Source: an uncultured Ignavibacteria bacterium
Lineage (GTDB): Bacteria; Bacteroidota; Ignavibacteria; Ignavibacteriales; Ignavibacteriaceae
DNA length: 64,000 bases
Direction of reading: 5' to 3'
Assembly: GCA_963721075.1 (NCBI GenBank)
Contig: CAVRHV010000008.1
Location: 8,057-72,056, forward strand
Under the pieces are notes generated by a model. It searched no databases. It was not told where the DNA came from and saw only the letters and a list, made by a program, of their open reading frames with translations. A program made the translations under genes and the position numbers. Positions 19,963 to 29,633 of this stretch are shown here, one piece after another. Every line of letters begins with the position of its first letter. The first letter of the stretch is position 1.

Positions 19963-19991
19963 AAGGCTGCTCATTGAGCAGCCTTTTTTTA
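19963..19991 (+). terminator. rho-independent terminator
   Basis: GGCTGCTC (19965-19972) / GAGCAGCC (19976-19983) stem, followed by T7. Confidence 0.8.
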
Positions 19992-20116
19992 TATTCTTCT
20001 GGAACCCACGGTAATATTAATCACACAAACTTCTATCGATTTTTCTGAGATTAACATGCAGATAAATTCAAAATCAATGCAGAATTTAAATAAGAAGCTT
20101 CTTATGGAGACAGGCG

Positions 20117-22087
20117 ATGAAAAAAAAATTGTTACTGTTTATCTTTTTCCTTTCTTCAATACTCATTTTTCCGCAAACCGCACATATTGACACATACGGA
20201 CGCTCCCCTATACAGGTTGATGCCGATTCAACAGATATGTTCAATATACCTTATAATGGTCTTACTAATGTGGGTATATATACGCAAATGTACCTTGAGG
20301 TCAGCATGGATGGTGCGCATTTAACTAATCCGCAGTGGAATGTTATCCAGAAACCCAATGGATCCAATCCTCAATTTGGTACATCAACAAACCTTACCGA
20401 CTCAAATCAGGTAATTATATTTATACCGGATTCCTCGGGAACATATAAAATAGATTTTACAGACGGATCTGTTGCATCTGATACACTTACAATAAATGCA
20501 GGTTTATATTTAGGATATACAGGAGGTATTTTTAAGTGCGGGAGGTGCCACGGTGAAAAGGTGGATGAATGGCAGCAGACCGGTCACTATATGATATTTG
20601 AAGAAGGTCTGAATGGAACTCTCAGCAGCCACTATGGACCCAGCTGTATAAAGTGTCATACTACTGGATATGACGAAAATGCTGATAATAATGGTTTTGA
20701 TGACTTTCCGTTTGTTTTTCCGGATTCTCTCTATCCTGGTGTTTATGACCAGATGGTTGCACAGTATCCTCTGGCAATGCAGCGGGGGAGGATTCAGTGT
20801 GAAAGCTGTCATGGTCCCGGAAGTGAACACTATGGAGCCGCTAATATAATGTCGGTTACTTTAGCAGCTGAAAACTGCGCCTGGTGTCACGACGGCGGAC
20901 ATCATGTTTTCCCCTCACAGTGGAGGATCTCCAAACACGCAACATTTGAACATGGAATGACCAGAGCGGCATGCGCTCAGTGCCATAACGGTGCCGGCTT
21001 CGTGGAATATATTGAATCGGGCAAGCAGCCTATTGCGCAGGATCTTGCAAAGGTTGTACCGATAACCTGTGCAGTTTGCCACGACCCGCATAGTGCTGAG
21101 AATCCTCACCAGCTTAGAACTATGGATGTTACACTTTCTGATGGTGAAACTGTCGAAGGCGGGGGTAATGGTACAATTTGTATGAACTGCCATAAAGCCA
21201 GAGAGGATGCGGTTGAATATACAAACGACTACCTTAATAACTTAAGTACTCATTACGGGCCGCATCATGGCCCGCAGGCAGATATTCTTTCGGCAAAGAA
21301 TGCTGTTACATTTGGACAGAATATTCCCTCATCGCCTCACCTTGCGGCTACGGGTGACGCCTGCGTAACCTGTCATATGTACCCTGGAACGCTGGATCCG
21401 TATGGAGATATAATACTTGTGGGTTCACATACCTTCAGTATGTCACACGACAGCGTTGATAATGTGCAGGCCTGTTCCCCATGTCATGGAGATATAGGAA
21501 ACAGTTTTTCCGATAAGAAGTATTATGTGAATGGAAATGCTGATCTCGACGGTGATGGCGTTGCAAACGGACTACAGATTGAAGTTCAGGGACTTATGAA
21601 TCAGCTTAAGTCAATGCTTCCCCAGGATGGAAACGGTAATGTAGTAGTTAATGATTCATCCGTTACTTTAACACAGGCTCAGGCAGCATACGACTACCTG
21701 ATGGTTGCGGAAGACAGAAGCTACGGTATTCATAACCCGGCTTTCGTATATGGTATTCTGAAAGCTTCAATTGAGGCTCTCGGCGGTGTTGTTGCGGCGG
21801 GAAATGATAATAATCAGCTGCCTCACGATTTTGATCTGGCGCAGAACTATCCTAATCCGTTTAATCCGACTACAACAATAGAGTATAAAGTACCGGAAGC
21901 TTCTAATGTGAAAATTATCGTTTATGATGCACTCGGCAAGCAGGTTGAGGTACTTGTAGACGGTTATCAGAATGCGGGAACATATACACTGAATTTTAAT
22001 GGTTCAAACCTTGCTTCCGGAATATACCTTTGCAGAATGGAGGCAAAAGGTTTTGTCAAGGTTAACAAGATGCTTCTGCTTAAATGA
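20117..22087 (+). CDS. nine-heme c-type cytochrome with T9SS C-terminal sorting domain (paralogue B, intact)
   Basis: Signal peptide. 9 CxxCH (CGRCH, CIKCH, CESCH, CAWCH, CAQCH, CAVCH, CMNCH, CVTCH, CSPCH). C-terminal 'NYPNPFNPTTTIEY...VYDALGKQV'. GGAGA RBS. Confidence 0.9.
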   Translation: MKKKLLLFIFFLSSILIFPQTAHIDTYGRSPIQVDADSTDMFNIPYNGLTNVGIYTQMYLEVSMDGAHLTNPQWNVIQKPNGSNPQFGTSTNLTDSNQVIIFIPDSSGTYKIDFTDGSVASDTLTINAGLYLGYTGGIFKCGRCHGEKVDEWQQTGHYMIFEEGLNGTLSSHYGPSCIKCHTTGYDENADNNGFDDFPFVFPDSLYPGVYDQMVAQYPLAMQRGRIQCESCHGPGSEHYGAANIMSVTLAAENCAWCHDGGHHVFPSQWRISKHATFEHGMTRAACAQCHNGAGFVEYIESGKQPIAQDLAKVVPITCAVCHDPHSAENPHQLRTMDVTLSDGETVEGGGNGTICMNCHKAREDAVEYTNDYLNNLSTHYGPHHGPQADILSAKNAVTFGQNIPSSPHLAATGDACVTCHMYPGTLDPYGDIILVGSHTFSMSHDSVDNVQACSPCHGDIGNSFSDKKYYVNGNADLDGDGVANGLQIEVQGLMNQLKSMLPQDGNGNVVVNDSSVTLTQAQAAYDYLMVAEDRSYGIHNPAFVYGILKASIEALGGVVAAGNDNNQLPHDFDLAQNYPNPFNPTTTIEYKVPEASNVKIIVYDALGKQVEVLVDGYQNAGTYTLNFNGSNLASGIYLCRMEAKGFVKVNKMLLLK

Positions 22088-22095
22088 TTTTATGA

Positions 22096-22123
22096 AAGGC
22101 TGCCAATCAGGCAGCCTTTTTTT
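22096..22123. terminator. bidirectional rho-independent terminator between convergent genes
   Basis: GGCTGCC (22098-22104) / GGCAGCC (22110-22116) stem, flanked by an A-run on the left and T7 on the right. Confidence 0.8.
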
Positions 22124-22649
22124 ACCACTTATTAAAATGTACGCGTTCCGGTTTATATCTCTCGGGCTGTGCCGGTGATTCACCGGGATAACCCATCACT
22201 ACCATTGAAACAGGTACAATATTCTCCGGTAGTTTGAAGAGTTCCTTTATACCTGCCACAATTTCCTCAAACGGATAAATACCTACCCAGACTGCTCCCA
22301 GTCCATATGAATGAGCAGCCAGCAGCAGGTTTTCGGTTGCTGCCGAGATATCCTGTATCAATAAACCTATGTTTTCCTCGAGCTTTCTGTCGCCGCATAC
22401 TATTATCGCATGAGATGCTTCTTTTATCATTTCGGCATGAGATGCGGCTTTGAGAATATCTTCGAATATTTCCTTTTTATCCGCTGCAATAAAGTGCCAT
22501 GGCTGGTAGTCGAACGCTGAAGGCGAATACATTGCGCAATTAATTATCTCTTTAACCAAATCCCCGGAAATTTTTTTATCCTGGAATTTTCTTACGCTTC
22601 TTCGTGTTTTGATTGCTTCTAAAGAGTCCATATTTCTCCCCGAATTCAA
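22122..22649 (-). CDS. nitroreductase-family protein
   Basis: 'IKTRRSVRKFQDKKI' and a typical about 175-aa nitroreductase layout. Confidence 0.85.
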   Translation of the reverse strand: MNSGRNMDSLEAIKTRRSVRKFQDKKISGDLVKEIINCAMYSPSAFDYQPWHFIAADKKEIFEDILKAASHAEMIKEASHAIIVCGDRKLEENIGLLIQDISAATENLLLAAHSYGLGAVWVGIYPFEEIVAGIKELFKLPENIVPVSMVVMGYPGESPAQPERYKPERVHFNKW

Positions 22650-22788
22650 ATTAAATTATTCCTGCACTTCAAATATAACAATCATTAATCATTGATTTTT
22701 AATTCAGAACAGAATAAATTCTTGTTATAAGCAAATATCTCTTCTTACTGAGCTGTTATTATCCATTAAATTTACCGGGGAGGGTATC

Positions 22789-23100
22789 ATGGATAAAAAA
22801 CAAATCATATTTGAGGACCTGCTGAGCCAGCTGGCAGAATGGAATGAAAAGTATTGTGACCTCGTGTCCCGCTGGTCTGAACTGCGTTCTTCAGTTAAAA
22901 CAGATTTCAACGAGTATATAGAAGTTCTTCATCCTGAAATAAAACTTGTTGAAACCAGAATGGCCGGACTTCGGGAAGCCAGGGAGGAAGTCCGTGAAGA
23001 GCTGATACACGGACTTAAAAAAGCCGTTAAGGAACTGCGGGAATCTTATGTCAAAGCATCGCTATCCGGCAGCAGACAGAAAGAAAATATTTTAGCCTGA
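22789..23100 (+). CDS. hypothetical small coiled-coil protein
   Basis: ORF only. Charged helical sequence. Confidence 0.4.
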   Translation: MDKKQIIFEDLLSQLAEWNEKYCDLVSRWSELRSSVKTDFNEYIEVLHPEIKLVETRMAGLREAREEVREELIHGLKKAVKELRESYVKASLSGSRQKENILA

Positions 23101-23105
23101 TCTTC

Positions 23106-24413
23106 TCAATAAATAGCGTCGCCAACAGCTTTTTTAAGCTGGTAGGAACTTAAGATGCTTTTATACAGATTCTGCAGGTAAAAGAATCTTGCCTCGGCCA
23201 GAGATGTTTCAGCATCAAGAAGATCAAGATTTGTCCCGACCCCGCTGTTATAACGACTTTCTGCTCTGCTGACCGTTTGTTTAGCAAAATTAACCTGGGT
23301 TAATGTTGTGTTAAGCTGTTCAAGATTTGAATTAAGACCTGCAGCGGCCTGCTGAACATCGCTTATAATATTTCTTTTAATCGTTGTTATATTCAGCTCT
23401 GAAACATTGGTATTAACTTTGGCTTCGCTTTCCTTATACCGGGTCATAAATCCGTTGAAAATCGGAACTCGTACAGATAATGCAGCTGCCCAGTTTCCTC
23501 GTAATGCATCAAGATTAGGTTCATAGCCGTTTTTAATTCCGTAGCTTAAAGTGGCATTCAGACTCGGCATATCCCCCAGACCCGCAAGGTTCTCCTGAAG
23601 GTGTGAGGTGTTCAGCTGATCTTCGGCGAGCTTCAGTTCCTGCCTTTGCCGGAATGCAGCAGTGATTAATGAATCTGTACTGTTTGCAGGAGATGGAGGA
23701 GAAAAATCTCCTGTTACCGTCAGCGAAGTATCCTGTTCTTTTCCGAGTAACTGCTTAAGAGCTATCTTCTGCTGTTGCAATTGATTTTGCAGCCCTATTT
23801 TTTCGCTCTGCGCCTGCGAAATTCTAACCTGTGTACTTAGTGCGTCATAATCTGTCGCAGAACCGCTCTCAATTCTTTTGTTGGTCACCCCGAGATGAGC
23901 ATTTAACGCAGCTATCTGGGTATCCTTTACCGCAATGCTTTTTTCTAAAAATAATATTGAATAAAATATTTGCAGTGTCTGGTATGACAGGTTCGTTTTA
24001 ACCAGTTCTATATTGTCAGATGCCGACTTTTTATATGAGGAAGCAACATCAACAGAAGCGCTTCTTCTTCCGAAATCATAAAGCTGTTCGTTCAGAACGA
24101 CATTCAGGTTATAGTTATTAGCCGGGGCAAGAACCAGTTTTTCACCTCCGAAATTAAAAGAGGGGAGAGGACCGATCCTTGTATATGATGCCTGTCCCTC
24201 AACATTGGGATAGAAAAAGCTTTTCTGCTGCTCTATACTGTAATCAACGGCTTTCAGTTTTTCCTGCTGCTGTTTTATGAGCGGATAATTATTTATCGTC
24301 AGCTGAATTGCTTCATTCAATGTCAGAGGCTTTTGTAACTGAGCATAGCCCGCAGTTGTTATTAATAAATATGCAGTTATAGAGGAGATTATCTTGAAAT
24401 ATATTCTGTTCAT
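23106..24413 (-). CDS. TolC-family outer-membrane efflux protein
   Basis: Signal peptide, two OEP repeats ('LTLNEAIQLTINNYP...', 'DLLDAETSLAEARF'), and position downstream of MFP/MFS genes. Confidence 0.9.
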   Translation of the reverse strand: MNRIYFKIISSITAYLLITTAGYAQLQKPLTLNEAIQLTINNYPLIKQQQEKLKAVDYSIEQQKSFFYPNVEGQASYTRIGPLPSFNFGGEKLVLAPANNYNLNVVLNEQLYDFGRRSASVDVASSYKKSASDNIELVKTNLSYQTLQIFYSILFLEKSIAVKDTQIAALNAHLGVTNKRIESGSATDYDALSTQVRISQAQSEKIGLQNQLQQQKIALKQLLGKEQDTSLTVTGDFSPPSPANSTDSLITAAFRQRQELKLAEDQLNTSHLQENLAGLGDMPSLNATLSYGIKNGYEPNLDALRGNWAAALSVRVPIFNGFMTRYKESEAKVNTNVSELNITTIKRNIISDVQQAAAGLNSNLEQLNTTLTQVNFAKQTVSRAESRYNSGVGTNLDLLDAETSLAEARFFYLQNLYKSILSSYQLKKAVGDAIY

Positions 24414-24433
24414 TTAATTTCCTGTATTCGTAG

Positions 24434-26033
24434 TTATTCGGTTATCTCAATTTTTTGCGCGTTCTTCTTTTTATGGTATTTAAGAAAGAACAGCGGAATT
24501 AGAATTAATAGTGTTATAAGAGCACCCATAAGAAAGTCATCGTCGATGCCTCTTACGAAAGCCTGTGAAGAGATGTTCTGGATTATTAGTCCTTTTGCTT
24601 TCGCCATAAGCTCCGTGCCGGAACCGCCCGTAGTTTGTTGAACAAAACTTCTCAAACCGTAAAGTGTATGCTGAAAAGCCGTTGATGACTGATCAGCTGC
24701 CTGGCTGAACATAGCCGAATGGAAAATTACTCTCCTTGTAAGGAGAGTACCAAGGATTGCAACTCCAAAACTTCCTCCCACCTGCCTGATAGTATTGAAT
24801 AACCCTGTAGCCTGTGCCATTTTTTCCCGGGAGATATCGTTTATTGCTATCGTGCTTAACGGGATGAACATAAAACCAAGTCCGAAGCCTCTGATTATAA
24901 GGGGAACCATCAGCGTCCAGTACTCGGTGTCAAGAGTCAGATCTTTATAAAGATACATGCTGAGGAATGTCAGAACTATTCCGATGAAGATAGGTATTTT
25001 GGGATTGAGCTTGTCGGTCATCCATCCGGCTACGGGAGACATAAACATCATTATGAGTCCTACCGGTAGAAACATAAGACCAGTCTGGAATGCAGTGTAT
25101 CCGAGCGAATTCTGAAGATACAGGGGAAGCAGAAATGAATTTCCGAAGAAAGCCAGTCCGAATATAAAGAGCATAATATTCGCCATTCCGAAGTTTCGGT
25201 TTTTAAGGATCCTCAGGTCAATTATCGGGTGTTTAACTGTAAGCTCGGTGGTAAGGAAAACCACAAAACTTACGAAGGCGATTCCGAAACAGGTAAGAAT
25301 GAAATTCGATGTCCATCCCCCGGTATTCCAGGAAGCATTGCCGTCAGATAATGCCAGCAGAAGGAATACAAGAAATGTTGTCATCGAAACGAAACCAAGA
25401 AGATCAAATGACCTTGCGCTTTCTGTTTTGTATTCTCTCAGTATTACTAAAGTTGCAAGCATTGCAAAAATCCCGATAGGTACGTTCACATCAAATATTG
25501 CATGCCAGCTGAACGTATCTATTAAATAGCCTCCGAGCAGGGGACCAAGTGAGACAGAAGAAGAAGATGCAATACCCCAGAAACCGAGAGCCATTCCTCT
25601 TTTCTCAGGCGGAAATTCATGCGTTATGATTGACATACCTACCGGCATAATGAAGCCAGCTCCGGCGCCCTGTAGAATCCTGAACATTATCAGCATATTT
25701 TCATTGGAACTGAGAGAGCAGAAGAGCGAACCTGAAGTAAACAGGAACAATCCCAGCAGATACGATTTCTTATGACCCCAGTGATCGGCAATCCAGCCCG
25801 ACGAAGGGAAGAACAACCGCAAAAACCAGCAGGTATGCAGTTAATACCCACTCAATCTTATCGACACTTGTACCGAAAGCCGACATCATTTTGGTCAGTC
25901 CGACGTTCACGATGGTTGCATCAAGCACGGCCATAAACGTCCCGATCATAATGTTGGCAAGGACAAACCACCGGTATGACGGATGATCCTGAAGACCAAG
26001 GCCTCCCGAATTATTTCTGAAATTACCGGCCAT
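24434..26033 (-). pseudogene. DHA2/EmrB-type MFS drug efflux transporter (14-TM class), one frame break near 25805 as assembled
   Basis: ORF 25770-26033 gives 'FMAVLDATIVNVGL...WVLTAYLLVFAVVLP'. ORF 24434-25822 continues 'SSGWIADHWGHKKSYLLGL...'. The join is seamless if one base is skipped. Confidence 0.85.
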
Positions 26034-27033
26034 TATTTTGCTGCCTTAATTTTTACTTCAACAGACATTCCGGGAAGTAGTCTGAAGTCCTTTTTAGAAA
26101 CATTCTCGGGATGAATAGATATTTTTATAGGTATACGCTGGGTAATCTTTGTAAAGTTGCCGGCGGCATTCGAAGGAGGTATCAATGCAAACTGCGAAGC
26201 AGTGTTTGAACCAATCTGCAGAACGTTCCCATCGAACTTATGATCCGGATATGAATCAACATCTATCTCAACATCCGCTCCTTCTTTAATGGCGGCAAGA
26301 TCGGTCTCCTGGAAATCAGCCGTTACCCAGATACTGTCCAGGTTATAGATTGAAAGAATAGGCTGACCGGGCTGCACTACATCACCCTTCAGCACCCACC
26401 TCTTTGCAACAACCCCGCTCATAGGAGAGTATATCTCCGTATTATTCAGCTGCGTATTTATAACATTAAGCTGAGCTTTGGCTGTTCCTATTTTAGTATT
26501 TGCAATATTGAATTCTGCTTTTGCCGCCTCAAGAGCACTCTGTGAATGTTCATACTGCTCTTTGGGAATTATATTTCCTTCGAACTGCTGCTTCGCTCTC
26601 TGAAAGTCCTGCTCAGCTTTGTTAAGGTTAACTTTTGCCAGCTGGATGTTGTCGTTAGCCAGCTTAAGCGCATTAACTGCCTGCTCGCGCTGCGCTATAA
26701 GGTCGGTAGAATCAAGGCGAACCAGCAATTCACCTTTTTGAACATTATCACCTTCGTCTGCATAGAGAGCAGTTACCCTGCCGAGCATTTTAGAGGCCAG
26801 CGAGAGTTTATCACCGTCGATGAATGCATCGTCGGTAGAGACAAATCCCAGTTGTCCCTTATACCAGAACCAGAAGATGACGCCTGCGCTACTATGATAA
26901 AAAACGGTATCCAGATTCTCTTCTGCTTAAATATTGAACCTGATTTTGGCTTTTCTCCATTCAGATTCCTGCCGTCTGCAGGTGTTTTTCCGGCTCCTGT
27001 TTTTAACTGTTCTGTTTCAGTGTTAACTGCCAT
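26033..27033 (-). pseudogene. HlyD/EmrA-type membrane fusion protein, one frame break near 26888 as assembled
   Basis: The N-terminal frame ends '...IPFFIIVA'. The other frame continues 'GVIFWFWYKGQLGFVSTDDAFIDGDKLSLASKMLGRVTALYADEGD...' (classical EmrA lipoyl, hairpin and barrel regions). Its stop overlaps the EmrB start (TAATG). Confidence 0.85.
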
Positions 27034-27066
27034 TTAATTATATTTCTCCTGTTATAAATTTCATGT

Positions 27067-27666
27067 TCAGGCTTTTATACCTTTTATAAATATTTCTACA
27101 AAGACCGACATTTCAACGCTCAGTTCGTCGTAGTTTTCTTTTTCCATCCTGTTATCTTTAATGAACTTTATCATCCTCAGCCTTAGTCCCTGCAGCAGGT
27201 GAAGAAAAGCTATAGTTGTTTCATGCCTGAGCCGGCTTTCAAATTCACCGTTCATTTTCCCTTCATCCAGAATTCTCTGCAGAAGCTGAAGTTCTTTCTT
27301 TTCAAAATCCTCAAACAATTCCTTAAACATCAGCTTAATATCCACAAAGGTGTTCACATTAAGCGTGCTGAGGTTGACCAGTTCATGGAAAAACTCCAGC
27401 CTCTTTTTTACATAGTTCCTGAGCTTATTTCGGCTGATATTTTCGGCAGAAAAGCTTCTCAATTTCTTCCGCAAACAAATTCTGTTCTTTATGATTACCG
27501 ACTTAAACAGATCTTCTTTTGTCGGGAAATAGTAATAAAGTGATGCTTTTCCCATTCCTACATCGGAGGCTATCTCCTCCATCGTAACTTTTGAAAATCC
27601 GTAATGTGCAAAGCGGTTCCTGGCAGCTTCCAGGATTTCATTTTCCTTCAGACTGTTATCATTCAT
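27067..27666 (-). CDS. TetR/AcrR-family transcriptional regulator
   Basis: N-terminal HTH 'FAHYGFSKVTMEEIASDVGMGKASLYYYFPTKEDLF'. Confidence 0.9.
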   Translation of the reverse strand: MNDNSLKENEILEAARNRFAHYGFSKVTMEEIASDVGMGKASLYYYFPTKEDLFKSVIIKNRICLRKKLRSFSAENISRNKLRNYVKKRLEFFHELVNLSTLNVNTFVDIKLMFKELFEDFEKKELQLLQRILDEGKMNGEFESRLRHETTIAFLHLLQGLRLRMIKFIKDNRMEKENYDELSVEMSVFVEIFIKGIKA

Positions 27667-27667
27667 T

Positions 27668-27696
27668 TTTCGACCATTTTACTTGAACGGTCGAAA
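27668..27696. promoter_or_regulatory. inverted repeat immediately upstream of the TetR start (candidate operator)
   Basis: TTTCGACC (27668-27675) / GGTCGAAA (27689-27696). Perfect 8-bp arms with a 13-bp spacer. Confidence 0.35.
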
Positions 27697-27858
27697 ACTT
27701 AACAAAATATTTAATGATCAGCAAGTAATTAACCTGAGCATTGTGCCGCAGGACATAATCGTATCGTGATTGCCGGGCTTAATAGAGAACATCATTTCGT
27801 TAATATTAAATACCGTGACCTGGAAAAGGCTTTTCGGCTGAAGGAAGTAACTATTTAA

Positions 27859-27924
27859 AGCGTATTCAGAGCGTATTCAGAGCGTATTCACAACGTATTC
27901 AGAACGTTTTCAGAGCGTTTTCAG
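27859..27924. repeat. intergenic tandem repeat, 6 x 11 bp
   Basis: AGCGTATTCAG, AGCGTATTCAG, AGCGTATTCAC, AACGTATTCAG, AACGTTTTCAG, AGCGTTTTCAG, read directly. Confidence 0.95.
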
Positions 27925-28190
27925 ATGGTAGTTTGACCGTATTACTGCCCTTTCAGGCAGGCAAAGTAAAATCAGATGATTTTTATGTGTCTGGGATACC
28001 TCAGACGTTTTCGCAGTTCTCCCCCGGTCGGGATTTGTTTCCCAAGAACAGTTTATCTAATTCGCTGATCGTTTCCGGTTCATAAGAAGAGATGGCAGGT
28101 CTTTCCTGATTTAGACCGCATTAAGGTACCGGCCTGAATATTTCGGGCCTTATCAATATATTTGCCATCATCGAATTTTGAAGGATAGAC

Positions 28191-28835
28191 ATGCCCCGGA
28201 TTAAGCATGTAATATGGGACTGGAATGGAACGCTGTTCAATGATGTTGAAGTCTGCAGGCAGATTATAAATGGTATCCTCGTTAGACGTCATCTCAATGA
28301 ACTAACCTTAGAAAGCTACCGGAGTATCTTTACTTTTCCAGTGAAAGATTATTATGGAAAAGCAGGACTGGATTTTTCCAGGTATTCCTTCGAAGTACTG
28401 GGACAGGAATGGATGAATGAATATGAGGTCAGAAAGGGTGAATGCAGCCTGCACGATGGTGCTGTGAATATACTTGAAAGGATTTCAGAAAAAGGAATAG
28501 GGCAGTCGATTCTTTCTGCATACTCTCAGCATTCTCTGGAAGAAATTGTCAAACAATTCGGACTGGATAAATTTTTTTCAAATATGGTGGGTCTCGACCA
28601 TATTTATACTACCAGCAAAATCGATAACGGAAAAGAATTAATGAAAAAACTTGGCAATGGTAAGGGAGAAACCCTTTTCATAGGCGATACTGTTCACGAT
28701 TTTGAAGTAGCTGAGGAAATCGGGGCGGAATGCATACTCATTGCGGGCGGGCATCAGGAAAAAGCAAAGCTCGAAGCCTGCGGCGTGCCGGTGTTTAATA
28801 GTCTTAAAGAAATTCCTCTAAATGAAATCTTATAA
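28191..28835 (+). CDS. HAD-superfamily hydrolase (phosphoglycolate-phosphatase-like), motif I variant DxN
   Basis: 'VIWDWNGTLFND' (motif I with Asn at the second acidic position), 'LSAYS' (motif II-like) and 'FIGDTVHDFEVA' (motif IV). Confidence 0.8.
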   Translation: MPRIKHVIWDWNGTLFNDVEVCRQIINGILVRRHLNELTLESYRSIFTFPVKDYYGKAGLDFSRYSFEVLGQEWMNEYEVRKGECSLHDGAVNILERISEKGIGQSILSAYSQHSLEEIVKQFGLDKFFSNMVGLDHIYTTSKIDNGKELMKKLGNGKGETLFIGDTVHDFEVAEEIGAECILIAGGHQEKAKLEACGVPVFNSLKEIPLNEIL

Positions 28836-29397
28836 TGTAAGCTGCGATGTACCGGAACCGATTCTATTGAACTGCTGGAAGCATCATGCCGGTTTTATTA
28901 AATCGAAAATTGCCGGGTACAGAGAATATTCTCCTTTCCCTCAGAAACTGCTGAGGGAAGAGACCCTGTTAATCGGAGGTTCTTTGATGGATCTGTACCT
29001 TGGAAAAATTACGCCTTCCGGGATTGCCCGATCAATAACAGCATACATGAATAAGCAGAACGTTTCAGAAATAACAAGCTACAGCAAATGGCTCCGGGAG
29101 GAAGGGAAGGATTTCAGAGAGGTTGAAATTGAAGATCACTCAAGATGGACTCTGCGCTTTGGAGAGAGGAAGGGAAGATTCATACATATTCATCCCTCCA
29201 GATATTCGCCGCAGACTATAAGAGTGAGGTCGTCTTCGTTGAAATCTGCTATACTTTTTTGTACCCTGTATAAAGAAGAAACTGAGAATATTCTGACAGG
29301 TGTAAACCGGATCCGAAAGGAGTTCCTCGATCTTCCGCCCTTAAAAAATGTAAAATCGGGATCTGCTCTTTTTGAGTTAGTGAAGATCCTTAGTTAG
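28822..29397 (+). CDS. hypothetical protein
   Basis: ORF overlapping the upstream gene by 14 nt. I recognise no family. Confidence 0.45.
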   Translation: MKSYNVSCDVPEPILLNCWKHHAGFIKSKIAGYREYSPFPQKLLREETLLIGGSLMDLYLGKITPSGIARSITAYMNKQNVSEITSYSKWLREEGKDFREVEIEDHSRWTLRFGERKGRFIHIHPSRYSPQTIRVRSSSLKSAILFCTLYKEETENILTGVNRIRKEFLDLPPLKNVKSGSALFELVKILS

Positions 29398-29633
29398 TCT
29401 GCTTTTCAATATCATTTCAAAAAATATCATTCCCATTTCTGAAAAAAAAAGGAATAAACCACATCATTTTAATGGATTTTTGAAGTTTTTAGGGGGATTT
29501 GAAGGGCACAATCATTGATAAAGCGTGTGTGCTGATCCTTTTTTGATGTACAGCAGGGACTGTTGAAAAGTACAACAGTTCATAAGTTCACTTAAAAACA
29601 TAAAGTTAAAGAATCCCGGAGGCAATTATATAA

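Noticed and set aside
10784-23100. Possible paralogy of the two small coiled-coil ORFs (10784-11065 and 22789-23100), based on 'RIAEWRSKIVRL' against 'QLAEWNEKYCDL'.
   Set aside because: The similarity is limited to a few residues in low-complexity helical sequence. It is not distinguishable from chance by eye.
27859-27924. The 11-bp tandem array, or the TSP3 coding repeats at 506-901, as a CRISPR array.
   Set aside because: The 11-bp repeats are contiguous with no spacers and are far shorter than CRISPR repeats. The TSP3 repeats are in-frame coding sequence. No cas genes are present in the window.
28080-28292. 70-aa minus-strand ORF spanning the start of the HAD gene, as a possible gene remnant.
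   Set aside because: Half of it is antisense to the HAD coding sequence, and the rest has no recognisable similarity or start signals.
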